Positions 57,172 through 64,000 of a DNA stretch of 64,000 bases are shown one piece after another; position 1 is the stretch's first letter, and each line of letters opens with the position of its first letter. The stretch is from Candidatus Eiseniibacteriota bacterium (GTDB lineage: Bacteria > Eisenbacteria > RBG-16-71-46 > CAIMUX01 > VGJL01): the NCBI GenBank assembly GCA_041946735.1, contig JBHGAY010000011.1, positions 1 through 64,000 of the forward strand, read 5' to 3'. The notes beneath the pieces were generated by a model. It had not been told where the DNA came from. It made no database searches and saw only the letters and a list, made by a program, of their open reading frames with translations. Position numbers and translations under genes: made by a program.

Positions 57172-57705
57172 ATGCGACGGAATCCGAGGCGATCGGCCGG
57201 TGCGCGGGCGGGAGAGCGGATTGTAGGCAAGGCCGTCCGTCCATCCACACGGCGCCCGACCATTTCGGAGACCTACCAGCGAATCTGGCGCGTGGCCGCG
57301 CGGATCCCGCGCGGACGCGTCGCGACCTACGGTCTCCTTGCCGAGCTGGCCGGGCTCCCGCGCCAGCCGCGGCTGGCCGGATACGCGATGCGGCATGTTC
57401 CCGACGGCTCCGGCGTTCCCTGGCATCGGGTCATCAACGCGCGCGGCGAGATCTCGCGCCGCGCGAGCGCGTTCCCGGGCGAGGGGGAATCGCTGCAGCG
57501 CATCCTGCTGGAGAGAGAAGGCATCCGCTTCGACGCGAGCGGCCGCTGCGACCTCGCCCGCTACCTCTGGCGCCCGCGCGTGCGCGAGGGAAGAGGTCGC
57601 TCCGCCGCGCCCGCGGCTGGCGCGGTGCCGCCGAGGCCTCGCGCGAAGCTGCCGGCGTCTCGCACCAAGCTGCCGGCGCCTCGCGCGGCGCGCCGGCGAC
57701 CCTGA
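57172..57705 (+). CDS. Alkyltransferase-like (Atl/YbaZ, MGMT family) DNA-binding protein
   Basis: IPRGRVATYG.LA, PWHRVIN (Trp in place of the catalytic Cys) and QR.LL..EG. Start uncertain. Confidence 0.88.
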   Translation: MRRNPRRSAGARAGERIVGKAVRPSTRRPTISETYQRIWRVAARIPRGRVATYGLLAELAGLPRQPRLAGYAMRHVPDGSGVPWHRVINARGEISRRASAFPGEGESLQRILLEREGIRFDASGRCDLARYLWRPRVREGRGRSAAPAAGAVPPRPRAKLPASRTKLPAPRAARRRP

Positions 57706-57750
57706 AGAAGTCCCCCGGGCCAGAAAGTCCGCTGGAGAACTGCCCCTCGA

Positions 57751-58593
57751 TCAGCGGTTCCCTTCGTAGGCCCGCCGGGTCTCCTCGCGAGCCTTGTGCT
57801 CGGTCTCGACTCGTTGCTCGGGAATGTGCAAGGAGTCTCGGATCAGCTGCACGACCTCGTCCGGATCGTCACAGATATGAAAGAGATCGAGATCGGCCGG
57901 CGCGACCTTCCCCTCCGCCAGCATCGCGCTCCTCAGCCAATCGAGGAGGCCCGCCCAGTAGGCGGAGCCGAAGAGGATCACCGGGAAGTTCTTGACCTTT
58001 CCGGTCTGGATCAACGTGAGCGACTCGAAGAATTCGTCCATCGTTCCGAAACCGCCGGGGAAGATCACGAACGCGCAGGCGTACTTCACCAGCATGGTCT
58101 TGCGCACGAAGAAGTAGCGGAAGTCGACCGCGACGTCGACGTAGGGGTTGAGCTTCTGCTCGAACGGCAACTCGATGTTCAGTCCCACCGAGACCGCTCC
58201 CGCCTCGCGCGCGCCGCGGTTCGCCGCCTCCATGATCCCCGGGCCGCCGCCCGTGATGATCGGGAAGCCGGCGCGGCCGAGGGCTCGCGCGACTTCCGCC
58301 GCCGCCGCCATCATCGGATCGGGCTCGCGGGTGCGGGCCGAGCCGAAGATCGTGACTGCGGGAGGCATGCCGGCGAGCGCATCGAAGCCGGCGACGAACT
58401 CCCCCATGATCCGCAGCACGCGCCACGGATCGGTTTCGGTGAAGACAGCTTCTTCCGGGTGCGGAATGGAGAGGAGATGCTCGTCCTCCGTCTTCTTGCC
58501 GGTCCTGGCCGGGCGGTTCAGCGACGGAGCATCCTGCGGCTTCGGCTTCTCCGCATCGTTCCCGCGCTTGCCCGGGCCACGCGCTTTCGCCAT
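57751..58593 (-). CDS. LOG family protein (TIGR00730 Rossmann fold)
   Basis: IFGSAR, TGGGPGIMEAAN, FFVRK and PGGFGTMDE. Confidence 0.93.
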   Translation of the reverse strand: MAKARGPGKRGNDAEKPKPQDAPSLNRPARTGKKTEDEHLLSIPHPEEAVFTETDPWRVLRIMGEFVAGFDALAGMPPAVTIFGSARTREPDPMMAAAAEVARALGRAGFPIITGGGPGIMEAANRGAREAGAVSVGLNIELPFEQKLNPYVDVAVDFRYFFVRKTMLVKYACAFVIFPGGFGTMDEFFESLTLIQTGKVKNFPVILFGSAYWAGLLDWLRSAMLAEGKVAPADLDLFHICDDPDEVVQLIRDSLHIPEQRVETEHKAREETRRAYEGNR

Positions 58594-58641
58594 CGACTTC
58601 TCCTCGGTTGCGCGCGCCGGCGTTGCGCGGCGCGCCGCCGG

Positions 58642-59103
58642 TTAGCGGATCGCACCTTCCTTGCCGAGCAGGCGGCGGAGCAACCCGAGCTGTCCGGCGT
58701 GGTAGGACTCGTGGAAATGCAGGAAGGCCAGGCGGTCGCCGAGCGTGCCGTCCTTGACCTGCGTCGCGAGCCGCTCCGCTGTCAGATCGGAGATCGCCGC
58801 GAGGAGGCGATCTTGAGAACGGTCGAGATCGGAGAGGATCCGCTCGAACCGGATCGGATCGGCCACGTCGCCGGCGGCGCCGCGCTGATAGGGAGCCGCT
58901 TCTGTGTCGCTCCAGACCGGCTCGGCCTCGAGCAGGCGCAGCGCTCCGTTACGGGTAGCGACGAGGTGCCCGAGGATCCAGTTCATGCTGTTCCCGCCTG
59001 GCTCGGGCTTCCGGAGGCTCTCCTCGTGCGTGATTCCGTCCGTGTTGACGTGGAGCACGCGATGGACGAGTCCGAAGAGCGACGCCAGAGATTCGGCCTG
59101 CAT
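58642..59103 (-). CDS. DinB family protein
   Basis: NSMNWILGHL...FHESYHAGQL (His triad). Confidence 0.88.
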   Translation of the reverse strand: MQAESLASLFGLVHRVLHVNTDGITHEESLRKPEPGGNSMNWILGHLVATRNGALRLLEAEPVWSDTEAAPYQRGAAGDVADPIRFERILSDLDRSQDRLLAAISDLTAERLATQVKDGTLGDRLAFLHFHESYHAGQLGLLRRLLGKEGAIR

Positions 59104-59320
59104 CTCTTTCCCCTTTCTCCCTTCGATCGGGATAGCGGACGGGACGGCGGGCGCGCACCCGCGACGTCTGCGCGGCCCTGGGCGCGGCCCCTGGCCGCTT
59201 CGACGGATAGGCTACCATGGTCCGGATAGCCGCCGGCCGGAAGCCGTCCGCCGACGGAAGCCGTCCGCCGGGCCGGATACCGTCCGGATCGTCTCACCAA
59301 CGCCACGGGAGGAGAGAAGG

Positions 59321-60022
59321 ATGATCGAGATCCGCCGATCGCAGGACAGGGGCCATTTCGACCACGGCTGGCTCGACACCTACCACACCTTCTCGTTCGA
59401 CCAGTACTACGATCCCCGGTTCCAGGGCTTCCGCGTGCTCCGCGTGATCAACGAGGACCGAGTGGCCGCGGCCACCGGCTTCCCGATGCATGCGCACCGT
59501 GACATGGAGATCCTCACGTGGATTCTCGAAGGGGCGCTCGAGCACCGCGACAGCATGGGGAACGGCTCGGTGATCCGGCCGGGTGAGATCCAGCGGATGA
59601 GCGCCGGCACCGGCGTGCGCCACAGCGAGGCCAACCCGTCGAAGACCGAGCCGGTGCATCTGCTGCAGATCTGGATCCTGCCGGACCGGCGGGGCATCGA
59701 GCCCGGGTACGAGCAGACTGCGTTCGCGCCGGAGCGCCGAACCGGTCGCCTCTGTCTGCTCGCGTCGCCGGACGGCGCGGAAGGATCGGTCCGCATCCAC
59801 CAGGACGCACGGCTCTACGACGCGCTGCTCGATGCGGGAACGGATGTGGCGCACGCGATCCCCGAGGGGCGCCACGCCTGGCTGCAGGTCGCGCGGGGAT
59901 CGTTGACGCTCGGGAACGGAGAGAGGCTGGTCGCCGGCGACGGCGCGGCCGTGAGTGGGGAGCACGCGCTGGCGCTGCGCGCCGACGAGCCGGCCGAGAT
60001 CCTCGTCTTCGATCTGCCTTGA
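59321..60022 (+). CDS. Pirin family protein (YhhW-like)
   Basis: HGWLDTYHTFSF, FPMHAHRDMEI, HRDSMG, MSAGTGVRHSE and LLQIWI. Confidence 0.95.
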   Translation: MIEIRRSQDRGHFDHGWLDTYHTFSFDQYYDPRFQGFRVLRVINEDRVAAATGFPMHAHRDMEILTWILEGALEHRDSMGNGSVIRPGEIQRMSAGTGVRHSEANPSKTEPVHLLQIWILPDRRGIEPGYEQTAFAPERRTGRLCLLASPDGAEGSVRIHQDARLYDALLDAGTDVAHAIPEGRHAWLQVARGSLTLGNGERLVAGDGAAVSGEHALALRADEPAEILVFDLP

Positions 60023-60047
60023 GCCGGCCGGCCTCGGTGCACCGCGC

Positions 60048-60935
60048 ATGACGGCGAGAGCCGACGAGTCGCGCTACTGGGGCGAGCGGCAGACGTCCGA
60101 TCCTCCCGACCACCGGTTGCGCCGCCGCGCCGCTTCGCCGCAACAGCTCTGGGAAGACCCCGAGGTCGAGGCGATCGCCCGCGGCCGCTTCGTCGACCGG
60201 CTGCTTGACCGCTGCGGCCCGGAGCCGGCTCGCGTGCTCGAGCTGGCCTGCGGAGTCGGATGGCTCGCGCTCGAACTCGCCCGGCGCGGCCACGACGTCC
60301 TCGGGATGGACATTTCCGAGCAAAGGATCGTACAAGCCCGTCTCTACGCAGAGCGGATCGCCCCTCGCGAGCCCCGCCCGCTCCGGCTGCGCTACGAGGT
60401 TGCGGACCTGAACACCGCGTTGCTCCCGGCCGAGACGTTCGACCGCATCGTCTGCTGGGACGGCCTGCATCACATCGCCGAAATCGAGCGCCTGCTGATG
60501 CAGGCGCATCGCTCTCTCCGCCCCGGCGGCAGGCTTCTCGCCTTCGACCATGTCGGCCCCCGCAGTCCCCTTCAGGGATGGATCGATCGAGGGGCGGCGG
60601 TTCTGGTAACCGCAGCCTGCCGGCCGGGCTCGCTCCCGCGGCTCTTCCGCGCCGAGGCGAGCGGCAGCGAGCACGCGGAATCGGAGGGCGCTGCGGGGCG
60701 CGAGATCGTCTCGCTCGTGCGCGAGATCTTCGGCGCCCCGAACGTAGGGACCGAGGAGGCGCTCGGCTTCGGCAAGCGCTGGCTCGCACGCCTGCGCGGG
60801 CCTCGGTCGGCTCGGCTCAGCTTCGTCCGTGGGGCGGTCGCGTTCGACCGGCTCCTCCTCCGTTGTCGCATCACGACGGGCGAGTACCTCTATCTCGAGG
60901 CGCGAAAACAGCAGAAGCGGCGGAAGCAGACCTGA
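60048..60935 (+). CDS. Class I SAM-dependent methyltransferase
   Basis: VLELACGVG, GMDIS, ADLN, FDRIVC..GLHH and LRPGG. Confidence 0.85.
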   Translation: MTARADESRYWGERQTSDPPDHRLRRRAASPQQLWEDPEVEAIARGRFVDRLLDRCGPEPARVLELACGVGWLALELARRGHDVLGMDISEQRIVQARLYAERIAPREPRPLRLRYEVADLNTALLPAETFDRIVCWDGLHHIAEIERLLMQAHRSLRPGGRLLAFDHVGPRSPLQGWIDRGAAVLVTAACRPGSLPRLFRAEASGSEHAESEGAAGREIVSLVREIFGAPNVGTEEALGFGKRWLARLRGPRSARLSFVRGAVAFDRLLLRCRITTGEYLYLEARKQQKRRKQT

Positions 60936-61045
60936 GAACCGCCGCCGGGGCGGCGCCGCCAAACGACGAGCCCGGCCGACCGAGGGAGTCGAACCGGGCC
61001 GCCGCGCCCCGCCGAGCGGGGCCTTACCGGATTCGCGGGTTCCGT

Positions 61046-63340
61046 CTACGAAGGCCGGACTTCTCCGCGCGGGGTCATCTCGATCACCGCGTCCGGCTGG
61101 CGCGTGGTCGACTTCCCGGTCTTCAGCCCGAGGACGAACCAGACCAGCGCGATCACGCCGAGGCCGAAGATCGAGTCTCCGACGATGCGCATCCATCGCA
61201 GCGTGTCCATCACCGGAGTTTGCAGGAACTCCGCCGATCGGGCGTACCAGTACCCGTGCTCGACGCTCGCCCAGGTCTGGATGAGCCCGACCGGCAGGAG
61301 TGACACGAGGACCATCCCGGCCAGCCCGATGTTGATCGCCCAGAACGCGAAGCCGACCACCTTGTCTTTCCAGACGAGGTGGGGCGTGAGGCCCTTAAGG
61401 CAGAAGAGCATCAGGCCGATCCCGAGCATCCCGTAGACGCCGAAGAGCGCCGAGTGCCCGTGTACCGGGGTCGTGTTGAGTCCCTGCATGTAGTAGAGGG
61501 CGATCGGCGGATTGATCAGGAATCCGAAGAGCCCGGCGCCGACCAAGTTCCAGAAGCCGACGGCGACGAAAAAGTAGATCGGCCACTTGTACGCCGCGAC
61601 CCACGGGCGCGCCCGCGACAACGTCAGGTTCTCGTACGCCTCGAACCCGATCAGCACGAGCGGGACGACCTCCAGCGCGCTGAACGTCGCGCCGAGCGCG
61701 AGGACCGAGATCGGCGTGCCGGTGAAGTAGAGATGGTGGAACGTTCCGATGATCCCGCCGGCCAGGAAAATGATCGTCGAGAAGAGAACGGCGGAGGTCG
61801 CCGTCGCGACGCGCAACAGCCCCATCCGCGTGAACAGGAAGGCGATCACGACCGTCGCGAAGACCTCGAAGAATCCTTCCACCCAGAGGTGCACGACCCA
61901 CCAGCGCCAGTATTCCGCGACGGCGAGGTTCGTGTTCCGTCCCCACATCAGCCCGGCGCCGTAGAACGCCGCGATGGCGGCCGAAGAGATCACGAACATT
62001 CCAAGGAGCGATCGGTTCTCGCTCGGCGTGCGGAGCATCGGCCACAGCGCGCGCACGAGCAGGAAGAGCCAGACGAACAGCCCGACGAAGAGGAAGATCT
62101 GCCAGAAGCGGCCGAGGTCGACGTACTCGTATCCCTGATGCCCGAACCAGAAGTTCGAGACGAAACCGAGCTTCTGCTGCGTCCCCAGCCATTGCCCGGC
62201 GAGCGATCCGACGACGATGACGAGCAGGGCGACGTAGAGGAAGTTGACGCCGAAGCGCTGGAAGCGAGGCTCACGCCCGGCGACCGCAGGGGCGACGAAG
62301 AGCCCCGTCGCGAGCCACGCGGTTGCGATCCAGAAGATGCCGAGCTGGATGTGCCACGTCCGAGTGACGGAGTAGGGCAGCCAGGAGGCGAGGCGAATCC
62401 CATAGAAGCCGTTCCCCTCGACGCCATAGTGGGCGGAGAGGATTCCGGGGAGGATCTGCGCGAGGAGCAGCCCCGCCGCTGTCCAGAAATACTTCCGCGT
62501 CGCCTTCATCGAGGCGGTTGCTTGCAGCGCGAGAAGCGGATCGCGCTTCGGGAGGTCCACCTCGTGCTGCGGTTTGCGCTTCTGCACCGCGAAGTACCAG
62601 GCGAGCGCCCCGATCCCCGCAAGCAGCAGGACGAAGCTCACGACCGACCAGACGACCGCCTGGCCGGTCGGCCGGTTGCCGATGAGCGGCTCGTGTGGCC
62701 AGTTCGAGGTGTAGGTGACGTCGCTTCCCGGCCGGTCGGTGGCGCACGCCCATGACGTCCAAAAGAAGAATGCGGCCATGTCGTGGCGGCGCGCCGGATC
62801 GGGCACGCTGTTCGAAGGGATCGCGTAGGCCTCGCGAAGCCGGTCGAGGGTCGACTCGTCGCCGAAGAGCGCCTCATAGTGCGCGCCGACCGCGGCGATG
62901 GCCGCCCCCCGGTCCGCGGAGATCACGATCTCGCCGGTCGCAGGATCGTAGGTGTTGCGGCGCAGCTCCTCGCTCAAGCGGACCCGAAGCGCTCCCTGTT
63001 CCTCAGCGGTCAGGCGGTCGTAGGGGAGGGAATGTTCGGCCTGGGCCCAGTGATCGAGCAGCCAGGTCGATTCACGATGCAGCCAGTCAGCCGACCAGTC
63101 CGGGGCTACGTACGCTCCATGTCCCCAGATCGATCCGACCTCCTGACCTCCCATCGATTGCCAGACGTTCTGGCCGTTCTGGATCTCGGCCGCGGTGAAG
63201 ATCGTCGTTCCTTCGGCCGTCCGCACGCGGGTAGGGATCGGCGGAGCCTTGTGGTAGATCTCACGGCCGAACCATCCGAGGACGGCAAACGAGCCAACGA
63301 CTACCACCGCGAACCAGATCCAAAGCTTCCGGTACTGCAT
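61046..63340 (-). CDS. norB: Quinol-dependent nitric oxide reductase (qNor)
   Basis: GSIWGHGAYVAPDW, RTWHIQL, GYEYVDLGRFWQ, WWVVHLWVEGFFE, GTFHHLY and HGHSALFGVY. 764 aa single subunit. Confidence 0.95.
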   Translation of the reverse strand: MQYRKLWIWFAVVVVGSFAVLGWFGREIYHKAPPIPTRVRTAEGTTIFTAAEIQNGQNVWQSMGGQEVGSIWGHGAYVAPDWSADWLHRESTWLLDHWAQAEHSLPYDRLTAEEQGALRVRLSEELRRNTYDPATGEIVISADRGAAIAAVGAHYEALFGDESTLDRLREAYAIPSNSVPDPARRHDMAAFFFWTSWACATDRPGSDVTYTSNWPHEPLIGNRPTGQAVVWSVVSFVLLLAGIGALAWYFAVQKRKPQHEVDLPKRDPLLALQATASMKATRKYFWTAAGLLLAQILPGILSAHYGVEGNGFYGIRLASWLPYSVTRTWHIQLGIFWIATAWLATGLFVAPAVAGREPRFQRFGVNFLYVALLVIVVGSLAGQWLGTQQKLGFVSNFWFGHQGYEYVDLGRFWQIFLFVGLFVWLFLLVRALWPMLRTPSENRSLLGMFVISSAAIAAFYGAGLMWGRNTNLAVAEYWRWWVVHLWVEGFFEVFATVVIAFLFTRMGLLRVATATSAVLFSTIIFLAGGIIGTFHHLYFTGTPISVLALGATFSALEVVPLVLIGFEAYENLTLSRARPWVAAYKWPIYFFVAVGFWNLVGAGLFGFLINPPIALYYMQGLNTTPVHGHSALFGVYGMLGIGLMLFCLKGLTPHLVWKDKVVGFAFWAINIGLAGMVLVSLLPVGLIQTWASVEHGYWYARSAEFLQTPVMDTLRWMRIVGDSIFGLGVIALVWFVLGLKTGKSTTRQPDAVIEMTPRGEVRPS

Positions 63341-63548
63341 CTCGATCCTCCGAAGGCGGGTCGTACGAGCCGCCTTGTCGTTGTCTTGCCGGGACCGGCG
63401 TCCAGGGCGGGCAAGCCGGTCCGATGTCGTCCTCGGTCGCGCGGGCCGCGGGCTTGCTGGTCTCCCTGCGTGCCGCTGTTTCCGGGGGCCCCGGCGCGCG
63501 GGCGGGTCCCTTGCGTCGCGCGCCGCAGCCTGGCCCCGCGGAAGAACG

Positions 63549-64000
63549 TCAGCTCGCCGTTCTTCGCCTCGGCGGCGGCGCGATCGTGGGGGAAAGGTGA
63601 ATGTCCATCGGGTCCGAGCGGAGGGGGGCTCCGGCTCCCGACTGCGTGACCGCGATCTCGTTCCGGGCGAGCAGGATCCGGATCAGCTCGATCCCCCAGA
63701 TCGTCAATCCGGTCAGCTCGAGGAGCCCGCTGATCCCGGCGATCGGGTACGCGGCCGGAGTGAAGTCGGTCAGCACCTGCATCGTGACACGGAGCGCGCA
63801 GCCGGCGTTCACGAGGAGAAACGGGGCGAGCATCCGGCTCCCGGTCTCGGGGCGCCGTCCCGCGAGCGAGGGGATGACCTTCGAAGAGACTCCGAGAACG
63901 GTGAGAGAGAGGAATCCGACGGTGATCGCGTGGCGCATCGCTCCGTACCAGGCATGGGAGAACGCGACTCCGGAGAGCTTGAAGTAGAGCGGAGCCGTCG
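63549..64000 (-). CDS. NnrS-like membrane protein, 3' part only
   Basis: Frame is open to the window edge: FSHAWYGAMRHAITVGF...LVNAGCALRV...SGLLEL. Lies upstream of qNor. Confidence 0.65.
   Translation of the reverse strand, partial: TAPLYFKLSGVAFSHAWYGAMRHAITVGFLSLTVLGVSSKVIPSLAGRRPETGSRMLAPFLLVNAGCALRVTMQVLTDFTPAAYPIAGISGLLELTGLTIWGIELIRILLARNEIAVTQSGAGAPLRSDPMDIHLSPTIAPPPRRRTAS

Noticed and set aside
61046..63340. Possible NO dismutase (Nod) rather than qNor
   Set aside because: The canonical HLWVEGFFE and GTFHH ligands and the RTWH region are intact, and no Nod-type substitutions were seen.

Overview
High-GC bacterial window. The PKD + FlgD/T9SS-type C-terminal sorting domain at the left edge suggests an FCB-associated lineage such as Ca. 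Eisenbacteria, Krumholzibacteriota or Latescibacterota (inference only). About 0.6-30 kb is one large exopolysaccharide/exosortase region with two arms. The leftward arm encodes a CapK/PaaK-like ligase, an O-antigen-ligase-family protein, a Wzx flippase, a deacetylase, a GNAT and a GT2, and is interrupted by a decayed IS21 fragment. The rightward arm encodes exosortase, EpsI and an XrtA-type deacetylase, followed by a translationally coupled operon: membrane protein, TPR lipoprotein, PrsK, PrsR, PEGA/tandem DUF5683-like protein, FN3/choice-of-anchor-X lipoprotein, priming transferase, Wza, chain-length determinant, BY-kinase, GTs and WecB. An intact IS1202-family element with a 17-bp target duplication closes the locus. 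The rest holds an acylating aldehyde dehydrogenase, a methyltransferase, an MBOAT+SGNH pair, a tightly coupled operon (MFS/spermidine synthase fusion, GT-C, Maf, squalene-synthase-like, SDR, Lrp), P5C dehydrogenase, M1 and M28-PDZ peptidases, pckG, ddl, a TonB-C protein, Atl, LOG, DinB, pirin, a methyltransferase, qNor and a partial NnrS-like gene. The best candidates for something undescribed are the non-canonical accessory module inside the exosortase/PrsKR operon, the squalene-synthase/GT-C/aminopropyltransferase-like operon, and recurrent micro-duplications that copy stop or start codons. No rRNA, tRNA or CRISPR array was recognised. All calls come from reading motifs by eye; no searches were run.
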